A stretch of DNA of 56,250 bases from Candidatus Nanohaloarchaea archaeon (lineage in GTDB: Archaea; Nanohalarchaeota; Nanosalinia; Nanosalinales; Nanosalinaceae): positions 1 through 56,250 of the forward strand of contig JBEQAY010000004.1 of the NCBI GenBank assembly GCA_041640075.1. The letters are read 5' to 3'. This document shows, piece after piece, positions 34,562-43,773 of the stretch. A program made the translations under genes and the position numbers. The notes under the pieces were generated by a model, which made no database searches, was not told the DNA's origin, and saw nothing but the letters and a program-made list of their open reading frames with translations. The number at the start of each line of letters is the position of its first letter. Within the stretch, counting starts at the first letter, position 1.

Positions 34562-35603
34562 TCTCTCTATAAACGTTAAGTATTTCTCTAGTCATATCTT
34601 CCCATGTCCTTGAATCTTTGATATTGATAGCGTCTGATTCCAAGCCTTTTCGTATACCTTTAGCTACTGATTCGGAGTCAGGATCGATGCTGATGATTTG
34701 CTCACTACTGAGAATCTCTTCAACACCGTTACTCGTCGCAGCAACAGGAGTACCTGCTTCAAGGGCTTCAGTTATTGTAAGACCAAACGGCTCGCTGATA
34801 GAAGGAGAGACAAAGAGATCAGCGGCTTCATAGAAATCCCCAAGTTCACGATCCGGGATGAAGCCTGTGAAATGTACACTGTCCTGGAGGTCCAGTAGCT
34901 CTGTAAAATCTCTTAAAGAATCTGTCATATGTCCTTCCCCGCCTATAACAAGTTCAGCAGATCCTCCCTGATCCAGATACTTCTTGAAACCGTAGATCAG
35001 GTGTTCGATACCTTTCTGCTCTGCATGACGGCCTACAAAAAATACCATATCTTCTTCTATATCCAGTTGTTCTTTTACATCTCTACCTGAAGTTTCAGCT
35101 TTTGAAAACCCGTTATGTATAATTTCTGGATCTGCAGAGTATTCTTCCTGAATTTTGTCTGCCATTCGCTGGCTCACAGTAATTAACTGGTCGGGCTCCT
35201 CCGCTGCAAGTTTTTCAAGATCTTCTATCCCGCTTCCGTTCCGGGAACGGTCTGAGGAAATGGAGTGCAGTGTTGAAACCCATTTAACGTCCGCATATTT
35301 ATTCGCTTTAAATCCTGCTTCTGCCCCGAACCAGTCGTGTGTATGTATTATATCGTACTCGTCAGCTATACTGGCTATTTCGGAGCTCATCTTCCGGGCT
35401 TTCCAGCCCATGTCGCCTTCACCGGTCTCTACAGGGATTAAGTCTTCTTTTTCAGGTGCTCTCTCCTCTGGTAATGCAAGTTTTACCTCTAGATTATCTT
35501 TCTCTCTGAGATTCTCGAATAGCTTCTGCACATGCACATCCAGACCACCATCGATGTCGGGAGGATACCCCCAGCCTACCATCAAGATTTTCAGATCCTT
35601 CAC
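34554..35603 (-). CDS. GT4 glycosyltransferase
   Basis: GWGYPP, HTHDW, FVGRHAEQKG and PSISEPFGLTITEA motifs; GTG start. Confidence 0.9.
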   Translation of the reverse strand: MKDLKILMVGWGYPPDIDGGLDVHVQKLFENLREKDNLEVKLALPEERAPEKEDLIPVETGEGDMGWKARKMSSEIASIADEYDIIHTHDWFGAEAGFKANKYADVKWVSTLHSISSDRSRNGSGIEDLEKLAAEEPDQLITVSQRMADKIQEEYSADPEIIHNGFSKAETSGRDVKEQLDIEEDMVFFVGRHAEQKGIEHLIYGFKKYLDQGGSAELVIGGEGHMTDSLRDFTELLDLQDSVHFTGFIPDRELGDFYEAADLFVSPSISEPFGLTITEALEAGTPVAATSNGVEEILSSEQIISIDPDSESVAKGIRKGLESDAINIKDSRTWEDMTREILNVYREIS

Positions 35604-35718
35604 AGGAAAGTATCTGGTTCAGTTACTGATTAAATAATGTCCTGACTACAGAAATTTTTACCAGTGTTTGAGAGCTTTACCAATACACTTAACTGGTAAA
35701 TCAACCGATTTCCTGGTT

Positions 35719-36123
35719 ATGCTCTGCCTTCTTTCACTGCTGGTTTTCAGCTTCCTGGGAATATTCTTCGCAGGCTACCGAGAACTTGCAAAAGAATCGT
35801 TCAACTGTTTCACTCAGCGAGTAAAAACAGGAGAATGCGATGCAGACTTCGAAACAAAACTGCGCTCAACGATAATAGGAAAAGCCATGGAGAAAGACAA
35901 GAGAATTGCCAGATTCCTCAACAACTACATGGAATACATAACCTGGACACTTCTCATCCTTCTGCTCTTATCCACAGGAGTCATGGCGCTGGGAATCTAC
36001 AACTTCATTATACATGGAGACTGCAGTCCCGCCACGGAAGGAGGCTGCGCACTAACTAAGGCCTCAAACCTGAACATCACCGCCGAAATCAGGGAATCAA
36101 TCGATTTCTGGACTCCGAGATGA
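35719..36123 (+). CDS. Two-TM Cys-containing membrane protein
   Basis: MLCLLSLLVF TM, cytoplasmic C-x9-C, second TM, C-x7-C; its stop overlaps the desulfurase start (ATGA). Confidence 0.65.
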   Translation: MLCLLSLLVFSFLGIFFAGYRELAKESFNCFTQRVKTGECDADFETKLRSTIIGKAMEKDKRIARFLNNYMEYITWTLLILLLLSTGVMALGIYNFIIHGDCSPATEGGCALTKASNLNITAEIRESIDFWTPR

Positions 36124-37256
36124 GACGAGAAGATTTTCCACCCCTTAAGGAAGACCTGACATATCTGGACAGCGCCTGCATGAGTTTAAGACCTGAAAAA
36201 GTAATCAAGGCAGTCGAAAACTACTACAGAGAGTATCCAGCATGTCCAGGCAGGAGCCATCACTCCATGTCAGAGAAGGCTTCACATAAAATGGAAGAGG
36301 CAAGGAAAGAAATTGCCAAGTTCATAGGAACGTCTGAAGAACGACTGATGTTTACCTCAGGTACTACAGAAGGCATTAACACTGTTTCAAAGGGTTTTGA
36401 AACCGAAAAAGTTTTTGTATCGGATAGAGAGCATAACTCTAACCTCTTGCCGTGGCAAGAAAAAGAGGGCTGCGAGGTAGAGGTAATCGGTACAGATAAC
36501 GGGCTTGATTTCGAGAAGCTGGAGGCTGAGGTAAGTGAAGGAGATCTGGTCAGCTTGGTCCATATCTCCAATCTTGATGGTAAAGAGCTGGATGTAGGGA
36601 AGGCAGCGCAGATAGCCAGAGAAAACGAGGCATACACTCTTGTAGATGCTGCCCAGAGCGTTCCACATAGACCAGTAGATATTTCAGATCTAGAAATCGA
36701 TTTTATGGCTTTTTCAGGTCACAAGATGCTGGGTCCGTCAGGTACAGGAGGTCTTTACGTATCTGAAAGAGCTGAAGAAAAACTTGCACCACTGAAAACC
36801 GGTGGTGGGGCAGTCAGAACTTCAACTTATATGGAGGCACACAGGAAAGATTTTCCACACGGATTTGAGGCAGGACTCCCTAATATAGCAGGTATAATTG
36901 GTCTGGGTGAAGCAGCTCGGTACCTGAGCGAGATCGGTATGGAAAAAATCCATAGACATGAAAGAAAACTTACCAGGAAACTTGAAGAAAAGTTTGAGGA
37001 TTTAGAGAATGTTTCATATATTTCTGAGGGTGCAGGTGTAGTGACCTTCTGGATAGAAGGAATGGATTCGCACCAGGTAGCATTGATGCTGGATCAGGAA
37101 AATATAGCGGTAAGAAGCGGGATGCACTGTGTCCACTCTTGGTTCGACAAAGAAGGTATCGAACCGGGTGTCAGGGCTTCACTACATCTCTACAATGATG
37201 AACAAGATATAGAGAAACTGGTGGAAGAGGTTGAGAAGCTGGCCTATATCGCCTGA
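36120..37256 (+). CDS. sufS: Cysteine desulfurase (SufS/CsdA group II)
   Basis: YLDSA, EHNSN, DAAQ, FSGHKMLGP (PLP lysine) and RSGMHC motifs. Confidence 0.92.
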   Translation: MRREDFPPLKEDLTYLDSACMSLRPEKVIKAVENYYREYPACPGRSHHSMSEKASHKMEEARKEIAKFIGTSEERLMFTSGTTEGINTVSKGFETEKVFVSDREHNSNLLPWQEKEGCEVEVIGTDNGLDFEKLEAEVSEGDLVSLVHISNLDGKELDVGKAAQIARENEAYTLVDAAQSVPHRPVDISDLEIDFMAFSGHKMLGPSGTGGLYVSERAEEKLAPLKTGGGAVRTSTYMEAHRKDFPHGFEAGLPNIAGIIGLGEAARYLSEIGMEKIHRHERKLTRKLEEKFEDLENVSYISEGAGVVTFWIEGMDSHQVALMLDQENIAVRSGMHCVHSWFDKEGIEPGVRASLHLYNDEQDIEKLVEEVEKLAYIA

Positions 37257-37288
37257 TTTCTTATATTTCCATGCCTCAATTTTTCTGT

Positions 37289-38074
37289 GTGGAGAAAGCT
37301 ATCCTGTTCAGGTTTCACAAGGAAGCCGAGGTATGTGAGGAAAGAATCAAGCTCCTGAAGGAGCTGAATCCTGATACTGAGATATACGGCCTGGGAGAGG
37401 AAATTGAAGGTGTAGAGAGGTTGAAAGATGCCGGTATGAAGCATCTCCACGTGATCGAGGATAGAGCGTCTGAGTGGAAATGGATGAACGGAGATCTGGC
37501 AGTACGGGACTGGTTCCGAGAAAAGGGGAACCAAGAAGATTTTGACATGCTTCATATCGTCGAATGGGATATACTTCTGACAGCACCTCTGGAAAACATC
37601 TATGAAACTATACCTGAAGATGCACTTGGTCTCTCAGGCCTCAAGCCAATCCCAGAAGCCGAGGAATACGGGTGGCCATGGGTAACAGGAGAATACAGAG
37701 ATGAATGGCTGAAACTGAGGGAGTGGGTTAAAGAGGAGACAGGATACTCCGGAAAGTCATATGGATGTATATTCCCGGCTTGCTGTCTACCAAGAAACTT
37801 TCTAGAGGAATACACCCAGATAGATGTCCCTGCCTACTCAAACGACGAGGTACGGGTACCGTTGATCGCAAAAGCACTTGGATACAAAATTGAGAGAACA
37901 GGTCTTTACCCCGAATGGGGCAACAGCGACATAAAAAGATACTTTAACGCCACAGGCGACCTCATAAAAACCGAAGAAATCAGAAAAGAACTTGAGAAAC
38001 CAGGAGGCAAGAGAGCCTTCCATCCAGTCAGAAAGAAGATAGGAAAAGAGAAGATAATGAACTGGAAAAACTGA
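37289..38074 (+). CDS. Hypothetical protein, possible GT-A-fold glycosyltransferase
   Basis: FDMLHIVEWDILL (DxD-like position), NDE and terminal FHPV; start uncertain (GTG 37289 or ATG 37271). Confidence 0.55.
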   Translation: MEKAILFRFHKEAEVCEERIKLLKELNPDTEIYGLGEEIEGVERLKDAGMKHLHVIEDRASEWKWMNGDLAVRDWFREKGNQEDFDMLHIVEWDILLTAPLENIYETIPEDALGLSGLKPIPEAEEYGWPWVTGEYRDEWLKLREWVKEETGYSGKSYGCIFPACCLPRNFLEEYTQIDVPAYSNDEVRVPLIAKALGYKIERTGLYPEWGNSDIKRYFNATGDLIKTEEIRKELEKPGGKRAFHPVRKKIGKEKIMNWKN

Positions 38075-38075
38075 A

Positions 38076-39101
38076 CTATTCGATACCCATCGCGTCGTTA
38101 GTCTTCTCGATGCTAGTGTGCTTGTCCTCCATCTCGAACATGGATCGGATCGCATCCACGTTGTCCGGCACGACGATAGATTCCTGGTGTACCATGTGAA
38201 TCCAGTAAGCGGTTCCGTCGTCTACAGTGACTGTTTCTCGCCATACACCTGCTTCCTGCATGTCTGATCTTTTCCTGCCAAGGTCTCGCATCTGCTCGTG
38301 GACTTTGCCTGTGGAGTCGAAACCTTCTCCTGCCTCAATCAGGTTGACACGTGGCTGTTCTTCAAAGGCCTGGATTACATCCTCTTCGTTGACATCATCT
38401 TCTAGCTCGACGTTTACCATGTGTACGTGTCCGTAGGTTACTGGAACTTTCACTGCCAGGGTTTTGATATCTAGATGAGGCATCACTGCCTGGACATCCG
38501 GTCCATGGTGGCTTGGTACATCTGTAACAGGTATTGTCGAGTTGATAGGTCCTCTTCCGTCCTGTGGGATGTCGCCTCCACGTCTGACAAGGTTTGCAAC
38601 TGCTTCTTCCACTCCGAACTCTTCATCTACTGCGCTCATGGTTCTGGAGAGTGATGTTGTGTTGCAGGAGACTACTTTCACGAAGTCCTCTCCGTATGCT
38701 TCCTCGTAGTTGGCGTCGGCATTGAACTTTACCTTTGCGATGTCGTCAGGTGCACCTCCCTGGAAGATCGCCTTGATATCGTTTGGCCTGTACAGGTTTT
38801 CCTTGTTCATCTCATCGATCCCTGGCGGAGTGGCGTCAACTACTACGTCTACTTCGTCTGCATAGTCTTCAAGTAGTCCCTCGACGTGCATACCTTCTTC
38901 CTGAAGCTGTTCCAGTCCGTCTTCGTTGGATGCGTAGAGGTCTGTGCCGTGAAGCTCTCCTTCCGGTGAGAGAATGGTTCTGAGTCCTGGTCCTGCAGAC
39001 ACGTCTGACAGTCCATAAAGCTCCATATCATCCTGTTTTTCGACGGCTTCCGCCACGCGCTTACCGATTGTTCCGACTCCGTTAATTACAACTTTTACCA
39101 T
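38076..39101 (-). CDS. gap: Glyceraldehyde-3-phosphate dehydrogenase, archaeal type II
   Basis: NGVGTIGKRVA, VVSCNTT, SHHGPD and HQESIVVPDNVDAIR motifs. Confidence 0.96.
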   Translation of the reverse strand: MVKVVINGVGTIGKRVAEAVEKQDDMELYGLSDVSAGPGLRTILSPEGELHGTDLYASNEDGLEQLQEEGMHVEGLLEDYADEVDVVVDATPPGIDEMNKENLYRPNDIKAIFQGGAPDDIAKVKFNADANYEEAYGEDFVKVVSCNTTSLSRTMSAVDEEFGVEEAVANLVRRGGDIPQDGRGPINSTIPVTDVPSHHGPDVQAVMPHLDIKTLAVKVPVTYGHVHMVNVELEDDVNEEDVIQAFEEQPRVNLIEAGEGFDSTGKVHEQMRDLGRKRSDMQEAGVWRETVTVDDGTAYWIHMVHQESIVVPDNVDAIRSMFEMEDKHTSIEKTNDAMGIE

Positions 39102-39171
39102 AATATCACGTAACACGATACTTTTAGTGGAATAAAAAGCCTTCTAAGAATCCACCGACAAATTTGACTTT

Positions 39172-39957
39172 GTGAAGGATCTGATCGAAAAACTGGAGAG
39201 AAAATCCAACTCGCACAAAGGCCAGAATGGAAAAGTAGGGGTAATCGGAGGAAGCAAAGACTACTCTGGAGCACCTGCACTGAACGCTGAAGCCGCCCTC
39301 AGAACAGGATCTGATCTGGTAAATATCCTGACCTCGGAGACGGTTAGAGATGTAGTAAGGTCTTACTCTGAAAACTTCATAGTACAGGGCTTTGAATCGG
39401 ATTACTTCGGCAACGATGCTCTTGGAGCTGCTAGAGAACTTTCGGAATGGGCGGACGCAGTGGTCCTCGGCTCCGGGCTCTCAAAGCCTGAAGGAAAAGC
39501 TCTGAAAAATCTTGCAGAAAAATCTGAATCACCTCTGGTAGTTGATGCAGATGCTATAGAACCTATTGCAACTGCTGATTTTGGAAAAGCTGTTTTTACT
39601 CCTCACGAAGCAGAGGCAGAGTTTATACGGGAAAAATTTGGTTCTCTGGAAAATTTTGCTGAGGAAAAAGAGACTGTAGTCGTCTTGAAGGGAGAAGAAG
39701 ACAGAATTTACACTCCTGAAGAGAAGTTTGTAAACGATACAGGTCATCCTACGATGACTGTTGGAGGAACAGGAGATGTAATGGCAGGTATCATCGGTGC
39801 CTTAATCTCACAGGGTCTTGAAATCTCTGAAGCAGCAAGATTAGGAGCTTGGATAAACGGGAAAGCCGGAGAGAAAGCTGCAGAAGAACTTGGAAAAGGT
39901 GCGCTCACTACTGACATCGTAGAACAGATACCTGGGGTACTGACTGGAGAAGAATAA
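39172..39957 (+). CDS. nnrD: ADP/ATP-dependent NAD(P)HX dehydratase
   Basis: SHKGQNGKVGVIGGS, VDADA, TPH and GGTGDVMAG motifs. Confidence 0.92.
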   Translation: MKDLIEKLERKSNSHKGQNGKVGVIGGSKDYSGAPALNAEAALRTGSDLVNILTSETVRDVVRSYSENFIVQGFESDYFGNDALGAARELSEWADAVVLGSGLSKPEGKALKNLAEKSESPLVVDADAIEPIATADFGKAVFTPHEAEAEFIREKFGSLENFAEEKETVVVLKGEEDRIYTPEEKFVNDTGHPTMTVGGTGDVMAGIIGALISQGLEISEAARLGAWINGKAGEKAAEELGKGALTTDIVEQIPGVLTGEE

Positions 39958-39985
39958 CCAGAAATATTCCTTACTATACTGTAGA

Positions 39986-40543
39986 CTATCTATCATCTTC
40001 AGCGGTTCCGTGGTACGCGTTCTCTTTCTTCCATCCTGGTTTAAAGCTGAAGTCATGGCCTGCATCCCTGATTTTTTCTTCAAGCTCCTCAAGTCTCTCC
40101 TGAGCCTCTCTAGGTATAAGATACCTCCATTCCTCGCCTGAACGTATCCGCCTTCTTATCTCAGTGCCGGAGTAGATCTCAGGGTCGTACATGTCAGGGC
40201 TCTGCACATCCATATCCGAGTATTCGCTTACAAGCCTCTGAACAAGTTTATTACCTGATATTATTTTTTCTGCATCGGTTTTATCCTCTAACTTGGTTGC
40301 CCATTTCCTGTTTCCTTCCTCATTTTTCTCTTCGTCTTCTAGTTCCTGGATCTCTAATTCAGGGAAGCATTCCTGTATAACTTCTTTACGCTCCTCGAAG
40401 CTTAGAGGATTGTCTTTAGTTTCTTCAGCTCCTGCACTTCCTATGACAAGCGAGAAATCATCGTACTCGTCGCGATACTTTTCTACAACATTGTAGTGGC
40501 CTTTGTGGAACGGCTGAAATCTTCCCAGGAAAATAGTTTTCAT
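39986..40543 (-). CDS. nadM: Nicotinamide-nucleotide adenylyltransferase
   Basis: GRFQPFHKGH, NPLSFEER and SGTEIRRRI motifs. Confidence 0.9.
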   Translation of the reverse strand: MKTIFLGRFQPFHKGHYNVVEKYRDEYDDFSLVIGSAGAEETKDNPLSFEERKEVIQECFPELEIQELEDEEKNEEGNRKWATKLEDKTDAEKIISGNKLVQRLVSEYSDMDVQSPDMYDPEIYSGTEIRRRIRSGEEWRYLIPREAQERLEELEEKIRDAGHDFSFKPGWKKENAYHGTAEDDR

Positions 40544-41106
40544 TAGAGAAGTTCGTCACCTGCGTCACTCACGTCACTTCTCTTAAGCATGGGAAGATCC
40601 TCTAAACCATATTTTTCCAGGAGTTTCTTCCCTAGAAGCCATTTTAACTCCCATGAGAAGTCCTCCTGGAACTCTTGAGAGATATGTTTCTTCAGTTTAT
40701 CCTTTTTATCCCTCCATTCTTCTGCAGGGAACTTTTCTACATCTCTTTCCTCGACCTGGCTGAGGAACATCAATCCAAAGATGTCTGCAAGAAGCTCCTG
40801 CCATACCAGGCCCGACATCTCCATCTCCTCGTAGAACCAGGACTTACCGTACTCCTTTCGTATAACTTTCTCAAGATCTTCCTGCCAGTCTTCAACCTGC
40901 GGGTCAAAGTAGATCTGCGCGGCTTCAGCATTCACTGCGACACCTCGAGCACCGTGCTCGCCGGTTGAACCTGATGGAGCAACCCCGAGGTTCACTTCCA
41001 GCAACTTGTTTTTCTCCAGACTGTACTTGCAGCTTTCAAGCACACCTTCAACTGTTTCACGTGCCTGACGGAGTTCATGCTCTTCTGGCCGGACCCTGTA
41101 ACTCAT
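40543..41106 (-). CDS. Hypothetical protein, possible inactive zincin-like (DUF2268-like) fold
   Basis: GVAV...IYFDP..DWQEDL...KEYGK followed by ELLAD; the HExxH position is degenerate. Confidence 0.55.
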   Translation of the reverse strand: MSYRVRPEEHELRQARETVEGVLESCKYSLEKNKLLEVNLGVAPSGSTGEHGARGVAVNAEAAQIYFDPQVEDWQEDLEKVIRKEYGKSWFYEEMEMSGLVWQELLADIFGLMFLSQVEERDVEKFPAEEWRDKKDKLKKHISQEFQEDFSWELKWLLGKKLLEKYGLEDLPMLKRSDVSDAGDELL

Positions 41107-41670
41107 TCAGTCTTCACCTTTCCACTTGATACTGCAACCCTTTGAATCAGGCTGGTCTTCTGGAGGATTCTTTCTTTTCAGCATTTTTTCAATCGCATCC
41201 TCCATGTAATGCTCAGTTATCTCTCCTTCAGGACCTGTACGGTCTGTTAGCTTTCCGTGGTAGAAAACTGTGTGTCTCATGTCCAGCAGGAACGGATCTG
41301 GTGTACATACAGCTCCATAGCTTTCCGCAACCTCCTGATCAGCATCGACCAGGTAGTAGAAATTTGTCTCATCCAGCTCGAATTTTTCCATGAACTCTGG
41401 CATCTTCTCCACAGAGTCCATAGGATGCGTCTCCGCGTTCGGGTTTATCCCTACGACTGCGATCGAAGAGTACTTTTCCTCCAGCCGCTTCAGTTCCTCT
41501 GCCTGTCCCTGCACGAAAGGACAGTGGTTGCACATGAAAACCACGAGGACGCCGTCGTAGTTATCCAGATCGCTTAAAGCAACTTTTTCTCCTTCAAAGT
41601 TTTCCAGCTCAAACTCTGGTGCCTGCTCGCCGACCTGAATACTTGATTCAGAATTTTCTTCAAGAGTCAT
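41107..41670 (-). CDS. Thioredoxin/AhpC-TSA family protein
   Basis: GEQAPEFEL, FMCNHCPFV, YGAVCTPD and GCSIKW motifs. Start at MTLEEN (41670). Confidence 0.9.
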   Translation of the reverse strand: MTLEENSESSIQVGEQAPEFELENFEGEKVALSDLDNYDGVLVVFMCNHCPFVQGQAEELKRLEEKYSSIAVVGINPNAETHPMDSVEKMPEFMEKFELDETNFYYLVDADQEVAESYGAVCTPDPFLLDMRHTVFYHGKLTDRTGPEGEITEHYMEDAIEKMLKRKNPPEDQPDSKGCSIKWKGED

Positions 41671-41756
41671 GCAAAAACTTTCCCGGCAAATCTTGAAGTG
41701 GGTTTCGGACACCTGAACAGCTAGTTTTTTTGAAGTCCCTGAAAAAGTTCTGCAGT

Positions 41757-42068
41757 ATGAGAGAAAGAAGTCCAATCGCTGCAGTGATTCTTTCACTGGT
41801 GACATTCGGTCTTTACTACGTTTACTGGTTCTACGACACGAACAGGCAGTTCAAGAGCGAGCTTGACGATGACTCACATCCAGGTCTCCGAACACTGGTC
41901 CTGTTCTTCCCGCCGTTCAGCATAATCTCGATGTACAAGCAGGCGGTCTCCTCACAGGAGGCAACAGACGGCCACGACTGGCTACTGGTTCTGCTGGCGT
42001 ACATCGTGTTTGCACCACTGGGAATCTTCGTCGTACAGAAAGACATCAACGACGCGATAAACCAGTAA
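41757..42068 (+). CDS. DUF4234-like small membrane protein
   Basis: RSPIAAVILSLVTFGLYYVYWFY...QKDIN pattern. Confidence 0.75.
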   Translation: MRERSPIAAVILSLVTFGLYYVYWFYDTNRQFKSELDDDSHPGLRTLVLFFPPFSIISMYKQAVSSQEATDGHDWLLVLLAYIVFAPLGIFVVQKDINDAINQ

Positions 42069-42083
42069 CTCAAAATTTTCTCT

Positions 42084-42860
42084 TCACTTCTTTTTCTTCG
42101 CCACGAAGATCCCGCTCTGATCTCCTTCATCCAGTACCTGAATCTCCTCGAAACCTGAATCCTCCAGCATCCCCCTAATCTCTTCCTTAGTGTAGAGATA
42201 GATCTTCATGATGTCACCGGCGTAAAACTTTTCTTCAGTATCTTTATCGGTGAACTCAAAGGAGAAAACGTAGTGAGGTTTGCCGTCCTGGTATACCGTG
42301 GTTATAGGGTTCTTTACCTTGTAGTTTTCTGTTTCACGGCTCCAGATCGAGCAGTGGCCGTCCTCATGTTTCTTCACGTTCGGAGACTTGAAATCAAAGA
42401 CGAAAACACCGTCCTTGGTTAGCTGGCTATGGATTTTGTCAAAAAGTTCTTTCACCTCTTCTTTCTCCAGGTGAGGTGTGGTGCCGAAGAACGTGAACAC
42501 GTCGGCTTTCTCCTCGAGGTCAAGTATGTTCATTTCCCTGAACTCAAAGTTTCCGTGTTCGATGTTTTCACGTCCTATATCCAGCATAGCACCGTTCAGG
42601 TCGACTCCTAGAACCTCTGCATCCGGAAATCTTTCGCCAAGGATCTCAGTAAGTCCTCCGGTACCACAACCCCCATCTATAACCCAGGATACTTTGTCGG
42701 GAGCGTTTTCCTCCGCCACGTCGGCCTGTCCATCGTAGTCGTACGTGTTTCCGTATAGGAAGTGGTATATACCGGCAAGATCCTGGTAGACTTCCATCTC
42801 CTGGCTTTCTCCGTTTTCTATGCGTTCGACGATATCCTCGATCTCGTTTTCGTAGTCCAT
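42084..42860 (-). CDS. Class I SAM-dependent methyltransferase
   Basis: IDGGCGTG and GVDLNGAML motifs. Confidence 0.9.
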   Translation of the reverse strand: MDYENEIEDIVERIENGESQEMEVYQDLAGIYHFLYGNTYDYDGQADVAEENAPDKVSWVIDGGCGTGGLTEILGERFPDAEVLGVDLNGAMLDIGRENIEHGNFEFREMNILDLEEKADVFTFFGTTPHLEKEEVKELFDKIHSQLTKDGVFVFDFKSPNVKKHEDGHCSIWSRETENYKVKNPITTVYQDGKPHYVFSFEFTDKDTEEKFYAGDIMKIYLYTKEEIRGMLEDSGFEEIQVLDEGDQSGIFVAKKKK

Positions 42861-42947
42861 GTACTACGTTGTTCCAGCTGAGCTGAAAAATCTGGCGAAA
42901 CAGTTGACTCGAAAAAATAAAAACAACCAACCGTAATACTTTGTAAT

Positions 42948-43766
42948 ATGAAAGATCATACTGACTCCCCGATCTATCGAAACGGAAACTCTCTAATACT
43001 GGCCTACGACCATGGTACAGAGCACGGACCTGTTGATTTCGAGCCGATGCCGGAAAGCGCAGAACCTAGACACGTCTTCAAAGTATCACAGCACGACGCA
43101 GTAACAGCACTGGCACTTCAGAAAGGAAACGCAGAATACTACAGAAAATGGCAGGAGGAAACAGGAAACGAAGGAGCACCGCTACTTGTCAAGCTGAACG
43201 GTAACTCCAACCTGCCGAAAAGAGACGACTACTACAGCCCAAAACAGTGCAGTGTAGAGTACGCAGTAGAGGAACTTGACGCAGACGCAGTAGGATACAC
43301 CATGTACGCCGGATCAATCCACGAAGATGAGATGTGGAAAGAATTCCGGGAAGTGCAGGAAGAAGCACGGAAATACGATGTCCCTGTAGTTATGTGGAGC
43401 TATCCGCGTGGAAAAGGGATAGAGGAAAATCCTGACTACTCAGGTCAGAAAGATCCAGCTGTAGTAGCCTATGGAGCACGCCTTGGTCTCGAGCTGGGCG
43501 CTGATATGGTTAAATGCAAGTACCCAGGAACCCAGGATGCATGGCAGCAGCTTGAAGACGTCGTCGGCGATATGAAAACAGTCATGAGCGGAGGTTCAAA
43601 GAGAAGCGATAAAGACTTCCTTGAAGACGTCCACGCAACAATAGAGGTAGGAGGAAACGGCCTTGCAGTAGGCAGGAACATCTTCCAGAGGGAGGATCCG
43701 GAAGAATTGCTGAACAAGCTTGAGAAAGTCATCTTTGAAGGCAGAGACGTTAGCGAAGTAGTGTGA
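42948..43766 (+). CDS. Class I (DhnA-type) fructose-bisphosphate aldolase
   Basis: LAYDHG, WSYPRG, ELGADMVK (Schiff-base Lys), SGG and GRNIFQ motifs. Confidence 0.93.
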   Translation: MKDHTDSPIYRNGNSLILAYDHGTEHGPVDFEPMPESAEPRHVFKVSQHDAVTALALQKGNAEYYRKWQEETGNEGAPLLVKLNGNSNLPKRDDYYSPKQCSVEYAVEELDADAVGYTMYAGSIHEDEMWKEFREVQEEARKYDVPVVMWSYPRGKGIEENPDYSGQKDPAVVAYGARLGLELGADMVKCKYPGTQDAWQQLEDVVGDMKTVMSGGSKRSDKDFLEDVHATIEVGGNGLAVGRNIFQREDPEELLNKLEKVIFEGRDVSEVV

Positions 43767-43773
43767 TAGAATC

